This document shows, one piece after another, positions 1-11,676 of a stretch of 64,000 nt of DNA. The notes below the pieces were generated by a model, which had not been told where the DNA came from, did not search any database, and was given only the letters and a program-made list of their open reading frames with translations. Numbering within the stretch: position 1 is the first letter of the stretch; each line of letters opens with the position of its first letter. Source of the DNA: Naegleria gruberi (Eukaryota); assembly GCA_000004985.1 (NCBI GenBank), contig GG738852.1. One strand, written 5' to 3'. Both the position numbers and the translations under genes were made by a program.

Positions 1-1471
1 AAAAGGAGGCCTTTTGGGAAAGGGTGCTTATGGAGAAGTTTACAAAGGGCTTAATGTCAATACAGGTCAGTGGATGGCCGTAAAAATTATTGATCTCTCT
101 GCAACTTCGGAAAAGGAGAAGAGTTTAGTGGAAAAGCAAATACTTAACGAAGTCAATCTCATGAGCGATTTACGTCATGATAATATTGTTCGGTATCTGG
201 GAGCCGAATTCAACAGGAAAAGGACCAGACTATTCATTTATATTGAATTGGTTGACGGTGGAAGTCTTTCTGAAATCCTCAAAAATGTTGGTAAGCTAGA
301 TGAAAGTGTAGTAAGACAATATACCAGACAAATATTGTTTGGCTTAAAATACTTACACGATAAGAATATTATCCACAGAGACATCAAGGGTGGTAATATT
401 TTAATAGAAACAAAGAGTGGTACTATCAAATTGGCTGATTTTGGTCACAGTAAGAAAATTACAGAAAATGTACAAGCTTCTCTTCGTATTTGTGGTACTC
501 CAATGTGGATGGCTCCAGAAATCATCAAAGAATCCAAGTATAGCAAAGCTTCAGACATTTGGAGTGTTGCTTGTACAGTAATCGAAATGCTAACAGCTGA
601 TGTTCCATTCCCAGATCTTGTTTCACTTGAAAATACTGGTGTCATGTATAGAATTGCCACAGGTGCTGTTCCAAAAATACCAGAAAATTTGAGTGAAGAA
701 GGTAAGGTTTTCCTTGCCAAGTGTTTCAATCAAAGTCCAGGTTCCAGACCAACTGTTGATGATTTATTGAAGGAACCTTTCCTCACAACATTGAGGTACG
801 TTGGTGTCTCTTATCCAAATGATGAAACATCCTCAGAGGAGGAAGAAGAAGAGGACGATGAATCTTTCCCATCCCTTGATGATTCTGATTATGACGAAGA
901 TACTAATTCTTTCGATAAGGGGAAACGTCCATTGTCAACAGGAAGCGAAGAGTCTGATGGAATGGAAAATCCAAATCCAAACAATAAGGGAAAAGGTCCA
1001 CTCGTTGAAGAGGAAGAAGATGAGGATGAAGATTTTACCGATGAGGACGAAGACGAAGATGAAGAAGATTTTTCTGATGACGAAAGTGAATCTTCTTCCT
1101 ACAGTGAAGATAAATCTTCTCAAAGTATCACTCAACAATTGAGAAACATTCAAGCCAACAATCCAATTTTATCTATGGGATTAAGAGGAAATTTACCAAC
1201 TCAAGCACAAGTGGCCCAAGCAGCTCAATTAAGGAGAGCACCTCCACCCCTTGTTTCAACCCCTTCGACTGGCACTTTAAGAGGTGTTTTGAGAAACGAC
1301 ATTAATCAAATGAATCCATACATTGCACAAACAGTAACACAAGTAGCTTCTACTCCAAGTTCTACTCTGAATATTGGTTCCTCAGCTTCACACAGCAAAA
1401 GTGTTACTAAAAGTGCTTGTGATAACGACGTAATGTCCTTCTTACAAACCAAACAACACAACAATCAATAA
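1..1471 (+). CDS. Ser/Thr protein kinase (STE/MAP3K-like), 5'-partial at window edge, with acidic D/E-rich C-terminal tail
   Basis: The frame is open from position 2 and the G-loop LGKGAYGEVYKG sits at the very start of the window. Downstream motifs are VAVK, HRDIKGGNILI, DFG and GTPMWMAPE. The C-terminus has EEEEEEDDE and EDEDEDEE runs, and the stop is at 1469-1471. The true start lies upstream of the window. Confidence 0.85.
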   Translation, partial: KGGLLGKGAYGEVYKGLNVNTGQWMAVKIIDLSATSEKEKSLVEKQILNEVNLMSDLRHDNIVRYLGAEFNRKRTRLFIYIELVDGGSLSEILKNVGKLDESVVRQYTRQILFGLKYLHDKNIIHRDIKGGNILIETKSGTIKLADFGHSKKITENVQASLRICGTPMWMAPEIIKESKYSKASDIWSVACTVIEMLTADVPFPDLVSLENTGVMYRIATGAVPKIPENLSEEGKVFLAKCFNQSPGSRPTVDDLLKEPFLTTLRYVGVSYPNDETSSEEEEEEDDESFPSLDDSDYDEDTNSFDKGKRPLSTGSEESDGMENPNPNNKGKGPLVEEEEDEDEDFTDEDEDEDEEDFSDDESESSSYSEDKSSQSITQQLRNIQANNPILSMGLRGNLPTQAQVAQAAQLRRAPPPLVSTPSTGTLRGVLRNDINQMNPYIAQTVTQVASTPSSTLNIGSSASHSKSVTKSACDNDVMSFLQTKQHNNQ

Positions 1472-1510
1472 AATGTGCCATCAAATGTCATCGCTCTCTT
1501 TTAAAAAAAA

Positions 1511-2702
1511 ATGTTACAACTCATTCTCATTACCACCAACACTGGTGTTCCTAAATTCAAAAAATCACTAATAACTGATCTTGACCGAGATATTTTCCTC
1601 AGACTTTCCAATCTAATAGTAACACTCTATGTAAAATCTAAACGAGAAGTTGATCATAAATTATCATATTTTGAATTAAATAATCGAGGAGTGACAATAG
1701 AAGAAAATACACAAACAAAATTATTATGTATTCTAATGCACGATATTTCCGATGTATGTTATTTCTCTAAATTTACTAATTAAAATTATATTTGAAAATT
1801 TCCATTTTTATTGGAAACTCCTTGTATCACCAATATTGACATGAAAAATTAACAACATCATTCTCATCTTTATTGTCATCTTTATATGCAGGGCCATGAA
1901 TTTGCCAAGTTAGTAGCTGAGGAATTACTCGATCGTTTCATTTCCACATTCAAAACACCATCTCTCGTTTCTAAAAAAACTCTCTATTCGAATTCATTCA
2001 AAAACAATACCATCACAACACCATCAGGATTGCCTGGTGGTGGTAGTGGTTCTTCTGGAAATCAAGTGGCCGATAAGAAATCCTCACCACAACCACAAAA
2101 TCCACCCAATTTATTTGGTGGTGTGAATTCCATTGATTTGAATGATTTGGAAACAAGTGTTGATACCTCACATCGATTTGATCAAATGATGAATGTTGAA
2201 CAATTGTCGGTCGATGATTTGGAACAGGATGAGTTTGATTTTAATAATGTGAATGTGGATGAAAAGATTTTTGAGGCCAAGTTGGCTGAAATTTACTTGG
2301 AATTGGTTTATCCAATTATTGAACATTGTAAGTGAGAGTTGAGTTTTAATTTACAAAATATTTGAAAATGTTGAAATAGTGGATAGCGTGAGAGGAATTT
2401 TAAATTCATGGGTTATTGAGAGTGGCGATGAGGGAATTTTAACCACAACTAAACCTCAATTGGAAGCAGATTTAAAGTTTCTTGTGAATAATTGCGACAG
2501 ATTACTGAATGGTGAAATGCAAAATTTATCAATTAAGGGAAATGGAAAAAATCTTCATATTGTAATTGTTGAACACAAGTGTCATTTAGTTGTCTTGTTG
2601 GAATCTAATGTACAACCTGAAATTACAAGTTTTGCCATTGAGAAGGCAGTCTTTTTATTGAGGAAAGTTTATGCACTCAGGAAGAATATTAAAATTCAAT
2701 AA
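1511..2702 (+). CDS. Hypothetical protein, 3-exon model (possible longin/roadblock-like small domains); alternative start at ATG 1886
   Basis: The model is exon A 1511-1753 (ends ISD, GTATGT donor at 1754), exon B 1892-2327 (acceptor tatatgcag at 1883-1891; GTAAGT donor at 2328) and exon C 2380-2702 (acceptor gaaatag at 2373-2379). All junctions keep the frame (phases 0 and 1). The B-C junction is required because ORF 2379 begins with GTG, not ATG. Including exon A is less certain. Confidence 0.4.
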
Positions 2703-2703
2703 A

Positions 2704-5700
2704 TTATTTCTTTCTTCTCTCAAAGAGATATGATTTCAGTAATGTTTGTTTCTCTTGCTTTTCTTCTTGTGACATGGTTTTCAAGGAAAGTTGTGCGTAT
2801 ATGCCAATGTAAGCAATCTCTGGTGATGGATGAGATGAGAGTTGGAATAGCAACTTTTTCACATCTTCAGGTACTGTTACTGTTCCGTCCTTTTCCAATG
2901 CAACTCTCTCTAAATAATTAAACACACTCTCTGGAAATTCGATTGTTTGTTTTAAAGATGTCAATTTCTTGTTAAGATCAAACCATTTCTTTGCAATTGT
3001 TGTTAATCTTTTTGTAGACGTATGGTCTCTCTTGTCCGAATGTACTTTATCCAAGTTGTAAAGCAGTTCATAGATTGAAATATCCCTTAATGCTAAATCA
3101 AAATTAATACTGATTCTATTATCTGAATTGCTGCATCGAACACTGCTTGAAAGGGATTTGGGGTGTTTAATGGAATCAATATACTTGACAGTGTAAAATG
3201 ATGTGTAAATGGTATCGATCTTTTTCCCGCGTTCCTCACCCTCAAAACAAGAAGGAAATCTGAGCTTGGCCAAAGAGATAGCATAAACCCCTGTAAGTAT
3301 ACAATTCTTAAATAAATCACTACCATGTAATGAATATTGTATCTTTTCTTGATTGATTTCAGTTAATCTTAATGAGTGTAAGATTTCAATTAAATATCCA
3401 GAGTATGTTTCAATGTTCTTCTTTGTACTGAGTCGAGTCAAAGTGGTGGGTTCAGTTAATCCAGGTCTTGTTTTCTCGTAATAGAAATATAAATCAGAAA
3501 TAATAAATCTCGATAATTTCAATAGGATAAGGCTCACTGAATCATATGAACTAAAAGGAATAATCCGGCTGTTAGAATTCAAGATTGACCTGACTGTTTC
3601 AATAATTTCTAATGTTTCGAATTCTTTAGAAATATAATAATCTGCGTAATCAACTGCATCTTGATTTTCTACTTTCCATGTAAGCTTTTTACAACCATAC
3701 AAATAGTTATCAACGGGTTGACAATTTGAAAATTTCCTGATATAATCCAATTCGGTGAGTATTTCAGATTCCAGAGATGTGCTATCAGTTTGTGTTTCTA
3801 TATATCCTCTAAATTGTCTTTCTTGTTTTTGATTATTGGTACCAATATTCAAACCAAGTTTCTCAAGTATGTGTAATTCTCTTGAATATTTAAACTTGTT
3901 GAATATTGAGAGAAGGTCAAAATACATGTCAATATTTAGTTTTCTATAAATCAATAAATGGTCTGCAAATTTTCTGTGGTTACTATTGAATAAAATTGAT
4001 AGTCTAATAGTCCACGAATGGATGTTTGATAGTTCTTCTTCATCAAGACCTTCTTCTTGTTCATCTATTTGTATCAAAGAATCCCACAATTCATAAATAT
4101 AATGAATGGAATTTTCATTGTGAGGATTATTGAAATACTTTTCAGTTTGGAAATAGAAGAGCTGAGTGAGATGATTGAATTTCTTCCATTTTGAAAGTAA
4201 TTTAACTATTTCATCAAAATGAATAGTCTTATCATTGTAAACACATTCAACCAAAAGATTTGAAAATTCTTTCTCTTGTTTTTCGTCCATATTATTTGTG
4301 TGAGCGTATGTTATTATATAAATATCAGAGGTTTCATCAATTTGAGCATTATTAATAAGGTCAAATGCCTTTTCATACTCTGATTTTCTAATGTAATAGG
4401 ATGCCAAATATTTCTTCCCATCATTGGAACCTAATTCGTTGGCTCTTGTCAAATGACTTTCGCACAAGTTTTCATTATTGGTTTCACTCGATTTGTTATT
4501 CACACAATTCTTAAAAAAGTAAATTCCTAATTTTGTGTTAGCTTTTGTGAAGATATCCATCTCCAAAATAGATAATGTTTTGGAGGTTTTGGGAATGTCT
4601 TGTATTATTTGGAAAATACCAAAACCAAGAATGGAATCACTTAAATACGAAATCGAATCTAATTGATTGTCTTCTCTTTCCATTAATTGCGTGATTAACA
4701 GCCGTAAACATTTGGCTGACAAATCACACATGAAAGGATGATAAATGTCATGTAGGTCCATAACCAAAGATGAGTAACACTCATTCTTTGGACCACAAGA
4801 AAAAGGTTGCAACTTTACAATGGTCTCAATAAGTGTCTTGTAAAAATTGAAGGAGTGATCATTTTCATTGTGTGATTTCTTCTCAATGTAAGTTGTTACA
4901 ATGTCACGGCATAATTGGATCACATTAATGGATTTTCTTGCACAAGAGTTTTCTTTGCATTCCAAAAAAACAGAAGCAAGAGTTTGTAATAACTTGAGCA
5001 CATACTTGTCATTGGTCATGTTGGGCGCATTAAAGAATAAATCTCTTGCATTCATGGTCAATAAACTTGCTTCTTTCACTTGACATTCACAACAACTAAA
5101 ATCTTTTACAAATTGTAAAAAATTATCAAACTCTTCATCAGCAAGGCTTGTTTTGACTTTTTTGTTTGGATGGAGAAATTCTTGATCCTCCTTTTCTTCA
5201 TCATCTTGATGCTTTCTTTTCAACAAGTTGTTACTTTCCAAATTATCCATTCTTTCTGCAATCACATCCTGTTTCTGTCTAATTTCTGTTAATACATTCA
5301 TAATATTCTGAAACATTTCGCTATGTGTATACATATTTGATGAGGTTGAAAGCATATCAATGAGGCTATCTGAACTTTCTGAATCAAATAATAAGCTGTG
5401 TTCTTGGCTATCGTCTTCTAATGGTGGAATAATAGTGTCCTTCCATAGAGGCGTTGGATTGTCCACTGGTTTTCCCCATTCAAATTGAGTGAGAATTCCA
5501 TTCATATCATTGGATTTATGTATGAAAATTACAAAACTGTTGCCATTGACACAGTTATCTGCTTTTTCAGTGATTGTTTCATAGGGACAAAAAGGTTCTT
5601 TGCTTAATTCACCATCTTCTTTTCTTATAATTTTGTATTCATAACTTCCAGAAGAGGACTCCAATAGATGTTTAAAGAAAAATTCTTCATCGTCCACATG

Positions 5701-6522
5701 AGAATAATCATAATAATCAAAAACTCCTTGATTCAATACCTCACCGAGAATATAAATTCTGTCATTTTGCAATTCCATACCATTTTTACAAAAAACAGTA
5801 TGGAAACAACGAACAGAAGAGTCCTCAGCTTGATCTGCCAATTTAAATTCAACTTCTCTTTTGTACCATCTATAACTAAAATATCTCAATTTTCCTGGCT
5901 CAATTTCTACTAGGTTTATGTCCCTCTTAGGACCATTGATTCTCTCTTTTGAGCTTGCACCACCAGAAGTTCTTCTTGTAGTCTTGTTCTTATTATTCTT
6001 GTGACAGGGTAACATTGATTTGTCAATATTTAGTTGGATAGAGCCTTCAAGATTAATTTCCTTTCTTGATTTGTTATCATCCTCAACAAAATATTGAGAT
6101 TCTGATTTAACATGGAGTTCATCTTCACTCTTTCTCGAATAACTGGAGATTATTAGATTCAAAGTCTTATTTTTGGATGGTATTTCGCTAATGTTAAATT
6201 CAATTCCCTCCTTCTTCTTTTTACTATTCTTTTCAATAAAATTGTAGACAGTAATACATTCATGATCCTGATTGATGCCTTCATATGCAATTTCCAAATA
6301 ATCATGTTTAACATTTGAAATGACAAGTTTCGGTTCACTGTGTTTTGCAATTTCCTCAACTTTTATCTGATATGAATTACTAGCCGAATCAGCAGGCAAA
6401 ATATAGGCCCACTCTGATCTTATATCAAACAATCTACAGGAAATACTTTCATAATTTTGAGTAAATCCCTCTTCTGTTGGCTCCCCGAGTACAATGTCTT
6501 TGGGTGTTTCTTTTCTTGCCAT
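2704..6522 (-). CDS. Large hypothetical protein (1272 aa), no recognisable domain
   Basis: This is a continuous 3819-nt ORF on the minus strand with ATG at 6522 in an aaaaaaaATG context. Composition matches the neighbouring genes. It ends 2 nt from the stop of the upstream plus-strand gene. Confidence 0.75.
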   Translation of the reverse strand: MARKETPKDIVLGEPTEEGFTQNYESISCRLFDIRSEWAYILPADSASNSYQIKVEEIAKHSEPKLVISNVKHDYLEIAYEGINQDHECITVYNFIEKNSKKKKEGIEFNISEIPSKNKTLNLIISSYSRKSEDELHVKSESQYFVEDDNKSRKEINLEGSIQLNIDKSMLPCHKNNKNKTTRRTSGGASSKERINGPKRDINLVEIEPGKLRYFSYRWYKREVEFKLADQAEDSSVRCFHTVFCKNGMELQNDRIYILGEVLNQGVFDYYDYSHVDDEEFFFKHLLESSSGSYEYKIIRKEDGELSKEPFCPYETITEKADNCVNGNSFVIFIHKSNDMNGILTQFEWGKPVDNPTPLWKDTIIPPLEDDSQEHSLLFDSESSDSLIDMLSTSSNMYTHSEMFQNIMNVLTEIRQKQDVIAERMDNLESNNLLKRKHQDDEEKEDQEFLHPNKKVKTSLADEEFDNFLQFVKDFSCCECQVKEASLLTMNARDLFFNAPNMTNDKYVLKLLQTLASVFLECKENSCARKSINVIQLCRDIVTTYIEKKSHNENDHSFNFYKTLIETIVKLQPFSCGPKNECYSSLVMDLHDIYHPFMCDLSAKCLRLLITQLMEREDNQLDSISYLSDSILGFGIFQIIQDIPKTSKTLSILEMDIFTKANTKLGIYFFKNCVNNKSSETNNENLCESHLTRANELGSNDGKKYLASYYIRKSEYEKAFDLINNAQIDETSDIYIITYAHTNNMDEKQEKEFSNLLVECVYNDKTIHFDEIVKLLSKWKKFNHLTQLFYFQTEKYFNNPHNENSIHYIYELWDSLIQIDEQEEGLDEEELSNIHSWTIRLSILFNSNHRKFADHLLIYRKLNIDMYFDLLSIFNKFKYSRELHILEKLGLNIGTNNQKQERQFRGYIETQTDSTSLESEILTELDYIRKFSNCQPVDNYLYGCKKLTWKVENQDAVDYADYYISKEFETLEIIETVRSILNSNSRIIPFSSYDSVSLILLKLSRFIISDLYFYYEKTRPGLTEPTTLTRLSTKKNIETYSGYLIEILHSLRLTEINQEKIQYSLHGSDLFKNCILTGVYAISLAKLRFPSCFEGEERGKKIDTIYTSFYTVKYIDSIKHPKSLSSSVRCSNSDNRISINFDLALRDISIYELLYNLDKVHSDKRDHTSTKRLTTIAKKWFDLNKKLTSLKQTIEFPESVFNYLERVALEKDGTVTVPEDVKKLLFQLSSHPSPEIAYIGIYAQLSLKTMSQEEKQEKQTLLKSYLFERRKK

Positions 6523-6918
6523 TTTTTTCTCTGATGAGAATTAATTATCGGATTTCACGTTGTTTGTAATATTTGACGCATCCATCATTATCGAATCGAG
6601 AAATCACAAAAATATGTTTTTAATTTTGTATGAGCCAAGAAAATTTGTTTCATAAAACTATTAATCTTGTTGTTGTCGGTGTTCAACAACAGCATTAGGT
6701 TCCGATATTATTGAAAAGTAAATATTATTTGAGTCAAAAGAGTTGGTCACCCAACTTCGCGCTATTTTTTTTAATTGAAACAGGTAGCAGAATTTTAATT
6801 GTGGCGGGAAGTTGAATTCCACAAGTTTTCTAAAAGAAAGTAATTCAGAAAGGTACACATTCAGAATTGATTCAAATGATTGAATCCCAACAAGATGATG
6901 AATAGATTAACGACTAAA

Positions 6919-7890
6919 TTACATGCAAATACATTTCTTTTTCTTTAACATCATTACATCTTGTGAAATTACTTTTTTCAATAGTTCAACATCCTTCCAA
7001 GTTCCATATCTATATCTTTTAACACAATCTTCAAATAATTCATTCACGTTCTTCTCTACATTTGTATTTTTAACAAAACATGTTTCGAAAATTCCAACAT
7101 TATTCAATTTGAATTCCTTAATCATTTCTTGAATTTTTTCTCTCCAAAACTCAATTTGAGATTTAGAATCATCTCTATCAACCTTATTAATTGCAAATAG
7201 AATTGGAATATCAATTCGTTTTTCTTTCACTTCCAATAAAACAATAAGCTGTCGTCGTGTCTCAATGAATGAGTTTAGATCATTTTCTGACACTACAATG
7301 ACAAATGTTTCAACCTTTTCAATGTAGATTGGTCTCAATACCTCATATTCAGAATTTCCTTTCATCTCCAAAATATCAATATACACCATCTCATCGTCTA
7401 CACAAATTATCTTGTGCATGCTGTCTTCAATTACTTGGTCATGCCATCCCGATTGTAATTCCATTTCCAATTCTTTAGCGAAATATTGATTGACCAGTGT
7501 GGATTTACCACACCCTGATGGTCCAAGCATTAATACTTCAACCTTTCCCATTCTATTTGTTTCTCCATTAGAATGATTCATTTTCCTTTTACACATTCTT
7601 GTTAATATCACTTTTCTTTTTAAAGTTTTTGATACAATTAATTGTCTTTCCAATTCTTCCTCATGAAATAATTCCAAATTCACAACATCTCTTTTCAATA
7701 CATTTGACCAAAATAAATTAAAAACACTTTCCATGGCTTCAGATAATTCACGATTGAGAGATTGAAATTTTGCAATACATTCTATTTGCTCCTTTTTTGA
7801 ATAGAGTCCTTGTTTCCTATATTCAAAATCAATTGCAAATTTTAAAATGTGATGAAGAACATCATAGGAAAGTAATCCAGGTAATGTCAT
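6919..7890 (-). CDS. Atypical Ras-superfamily small GTPase with about 110-aa N-terminal extension and polybasic-CaaX C-terminus
   Basis: The P-loop is GPSGCGKST, the NKxD motif is present as AINKVD, and ETCFV is a G5-like SAK equivalent. The C-terminus KKKKCICM is a polybasic stretch plus CaaX prenylation box. ATG at 7890 has an A-rich context. Confidence 0.6.
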   Translation of the reverse strand: MTLPGLLSYDVLHHILKFAIDFEYRKQGLYSKKEQIECIAKFQSLNRELSEAMESVFNLFWSNVLKRDVVNLELFHEEELERQLIVSKTLKRKVILTRMCKRKMNHSNGETNRMGKVEVLMLGPSGCGKSTLVNQYFAKELEMELQSGWHDQVIEDSMHKIICVDDEMVYIDILEMKGNSEYEVLRPIYIEKVETFVIVVSENDLNSFIETRRQLIVLLEVKEKRIDIPILFAINKVDRDDSKSQIEFWREKIQEMIKEFKLNNVGIFETCFVKNTNVEKNVNELFEDCVKRYRYGTWKDVELLKKVISQDVMMLKKKKCICM

Positions 7891-8015
7891 TTTTTTTATG
7901 AATTTATTTCTAATTTTACAACAAAGTTCGTTACAATGTGAACTTGGACAAATAATCTGTTTTGAATGAAGAGAATTATATTAGGTTATTAATTAATAAT
8001 TCCATTCATATTTGT

Positions 8016-9002
8016 TTAAAATATCTTGACATTGGAAAAAGAAAATGCTTCAGTGAAATTGTGTGCCTTTCTTGCAGCGAGTGCAATACCATCATATGGC
8101 AATGAAGACTTGATTTGAATGGATGTTATGGTGTTAGGTTTTGTTGGTTGAGCTTCTAGAAAATCCAGTTTAGGCATCAATAAGAATTCCTCTTTAGGTT
8201 CAGTATATATCTTTGTTAACAATTGTCCAACAGAGGATCCAAGCTTATCACCATTAATTGGGTTAGCACTTCTCACTACTCCTTTTGGTTGGATAACACC
8301 ATATACATAAATATGAATATCTTCATTTCCAGTAATTTCCTGAACCTGAACTGAGCATTCAATCTTTGAAAATTCAATTGGATGCTTGAAATATATAATA
8401 ATAGGCTCCAAATTCTCTATACTGTATTGGAAATTATTAGAAATTGATTGTTGTGCGAATCTTGTAACTTGGTATCCGAATCCGGTTGTGTTAACACTTG
8501 ATTGATTAAGATTAGGATATTTCTTATTAGTTCTTTTCAATGATACCAATTCTCTTTGTCTATTTGTAAGTTGGTCCCAATTAGAGACATACTTTTCAGA
8601 CAACTTGTTTAAATCTCTATCTGTGTACCATAGTCTCTCCTTCAGCTCTGTAATTTCCTTCATCATAATTTCAAACATGGTGTTTAACTTATCACTATTG
8701 TCTTTCTCTTCTTTAACAAGATTAAATACCATATATTGATCATCAGAACCAGATTCACCAACCTTTATGGTGATCGATTCTCCAACTGCTGTGGAACATG
8801 TGATTTTATTCATCATCAAACATGTCTTGTAATATTTGAAATGAATCAATGTTGAATTTTCCTCTCTAAATAAATATTGATGATAATTGAAGGTACATGA
8901 CATGGTAATCGCTTGTTCACTCTCCAAGAAGGAAAGAAGCAATTCAATTCTTTTACCAAATCTATCATCACACTCAAAATTAAAGCTTTGTTGATTTACC
9001 AT
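8016..9002 (-). CDS. Hypothetical protein (328 aa)
   Basis: Continuous ORF with ATG at 9002 in aaaaacaATG context and no recognisable motif. It is divergent from the sedolisin gene across a 317-bp intergenic region. Confidence 0.6.
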   Translation of the reverse strand: MVNQQSFNFECDDRFGKRIELLLSFLESEQAITMSCTFNYHQYLFREENSTLIHFKYYKTCLMMNKITCSTAVGESITIKVGESGSDDQYMVFNLVKEEKDNSDKLNTMFEIMMKEITELKERLWYTDRDLNKLSEKYVSNWDQLTNRQRELVSLKRTNKKYPNLNQSSVNTTGFGYQVTRFAQQSISNNFQYSIENLEPIIIYFKHPIEFSKIECSVQVQEITGNEDIHIYVYGVIQPKGVVRSANPINGDKLGSSVGQLLTKIYTEPKEEFLLMPKLDFLEAQPTKPNTITSIQIKSSLPYDGIALAARKAHNFTEAFSFSNVKIF

Positions 9003-9319
9003 TGTTTTTTTGGTTTGTTTGTTGACCTTTCCAATTGTTTCTTCAATAGCTATTTATGTTGAAATGATGTTGGTGAGCCAAAAATAATATTTCTTTCGAA
9101 ATACCTTCCAAGATGAAGCATAACGTCTTAATACCAACGTTTCGAAGAGCATAATTTACAACTTTTCATATAAGGTTATTGAGCTTTATAGGATTACGTC
9201 TATTCGAGTGCAAATAATTATCGAAGAATTTTTCCAAAGTTTGAATTTTCCTCTCTTCCACCTGACATCTTTATTCCGTAATTAAAAGGAGTTTCAGGAG
9301 TTTTCAAACCAAAAAAAAA
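9003..9319. promoter_or_regulatory. Divergent intergenic/promoter region between the 8016-9002 gene (minus) and the sedolisin gene (plus)
   Basis: 317 bp between opposing start codons, with an A-run immediately 5' of the sedolisin ATG. Promoter function is inferred. Confidence 0.3.
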
Positions 9320-11495
9320 ATGGCAAATTCAAAGACCCACTCACCAGCCACCCTTGTGGTCTTGGTGATGAGTTGTTTCATGTTAATGACAATCGGAATG
9401 GTCCACTCTCTCAAACTCACTTCCTCTCTCGCCGATGATTTATTATCATCATCAAATTATATCGGGATGGAAAATAATCAAGAACATACCTCATTGAAGG
9501 TGATGAAGGCTCATTATGAGATGAAAGGCTGGAAGAGAATTCATCATCAAGATGATTTGATGAGATTATCTGGTAGTGAAAAGAAATCTATTGAAGAAAA
9601 GATTGAAAATCAAATGATTCATGTTACTTTTGCATTGAAGAATCAAAATGTTGAATTGTTGAGAAAGAAGGCAATTGCTGTCAGTACTCCAGGACATCCA
9701 GATCATGAAAATTATTTGACTATGGAACAAGTTGCTCAATATACAAAGCCATCTGCTGAAGATAGACAAAATGTCTTGCATTATATTAGTACTATTCCAG
9801 GAAGCATTGTTTTGAAGGTTTCAAAGCATGAAAACTTTATTGAATGTTTAATGCCAGTTTCCTCCATTAACAAGTATTTCAAGGCTGATATGAAGCCATA
9901 TATGCATCAAGAAAGTAAGACTGTCTTGTTGAGATCTTTGGAACAAGGTTATTCATTGCCAAAGGAAATTGCTGATTCAGTTACTTTGATTTCTGGCATT
10001 GTTCGTCTTCCAAGCATGGAAAATAGAGTCAAGATGACCAAGACAGCATCTGCTCAAGATGATGGATTGATTACTCCACAAGTTATTTGGAAGAGATATA
10101 ACATTACTGTTCCAACATTTGTTAGTTCAAACAGTTCTCAGTCTGTTGCTTCATTCTTGCAACAATATTATAGTGAAAGTGATTTGGCCTTGTTCCAATC
10201 TACTTATAACTTGGTTAGACAATCACCAATTGTTTATGGACCAAATGATGAATCCAATCCTGGTGTTGAAGCTTCTTTGGATATTCAATATCTTATGGGT
10301 GTTGGTTACAAGATTAGAACTACCTTTGTCTCAACTCCTGGTGTCAGTAATGTTACTGGACAAGAAAGATTCTTGTACTGGGTTACTCAACAACAACAAA
10401 TGGGTGATGCTTCTCCTTGGGTAAGTTCTTTTTAATTCACAATTTTTCATCTTAATACCTCATTTACAGGTTCATAGTGTTAGTTATGGAGACGATGAAT
10501 CTACTGTTACCAGAGCATTGGCTGATCAATTAGATATTGAATTTATGAAATTTGCTGCCACTGGACGTACAGTTATGGTATGTTGACAATTTCTTATTTA
10601 CCGATAATATTAACCAATCAATTCATAACAGATAGCATCAGGTGATAACGGAGCTCAATGTAATAATCAAGGAACCAAATTCTCTCCAACGTAAGTTTTT
10701 TACAAATTTTCCATGGTTTTACAATTTAAATAGTTGGCCAAATACATCTCCTTGGGTTACCTCTGTTGGTGCTACAAGACCATCAAGTGATTATTGGGAA
10801 AAGTCAGTTGACTGGAGTGGTAAGTTAACAATTTAATGACATGCTCATTCTTATAATATTCTTCATACTATCCCTTTTTAATTTAACAAATTAGGTGGTG
10901 GTTTTTCTTCTCTGTAAGTAATATATTGATTTAAATAATATAATATAACATATTTTAAAATAGTTACTCTCGTCCACAATATCAAAATGATGCTGTCGCC
11001 AAGTACTTGAAGACTAATAACATTCCTCCAGCCTCATTCTTCAATCCATCCGGTAGAGCTTATCCTGATGTCAGTGCTCTCGGTAAGTAGCTCAATATAT
11101 TTCCATCTCATTTCTTACATGTTATTTTTTAGGTGTTGAGTAAGTATATTCCAAAACAATTTATTTCTCATTTTCAAAATAGTTATCAAGTTTTCGTTGG
11201 TGGTTCCATTCAAAATGTTGCAGGTACTTCAGCAGCTTGTCCTTGTTTCGCTGGTGTTGTCAGTTTGCTTAATGATGCTCGTTTCAAAGCTGGTAAGAAA
11301 CCACTCGGATTCCTTAATATCTTCCTCTACACTCAAATTCCACAAAATCCAAAGGCCTTCTTTGATATCACTCAAGGTTATAATAGTGCTAGTCCTTGTC
11401 CTTATGGTTTCCCAGCTACTAGTGGATATGATGCCATTTCAGGTTGGGGTGTTCCTAATTTCCCAGTTTTGAGAGATCTTGCCTTGAAGAAATAA
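9320..11495 (+). CDS. Sedolisin / tripeptidyl-peptidase-like S53 serine peptidase, 8 exons including 19-nt and 7-nt micro-exons
   Basis: Exons are 9320-10420, 10470-10577, 10632-10690, 10734-10819, 10895-10913, 10964-11082, 11133-11139 and 11183-11495, with introns of 43-75 nt that all begin GTAAGT or GTATGT. The spliced product has a signal peptide, a pro-domain, then VHSVSYGDDE, SPWVTSVGAT, SGGGFSSLYSRPQYQ, RAYPDVSAL and GTSAACPCFAGVVSLLND (catalytic Ser), which are characteristic sedolisin blocks. Confidence 0.85.
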
Positions 11496-11676
11496 TTTGA
11501 CAGATCTATGAATGTTTAAGTTTCCAATAAACTATTGGAAAATGTTTTACTGTAAAATTTAGCATTTAAAGATTAAATCTCTCTTTAATCCAAGTACTCT
11601 CTAAAAAAGGAACCAGAATTATGAAAGAAACTGAAAGTGATGGGAAGAAACTAAAGACGAAACCAAACTAAAAAAA

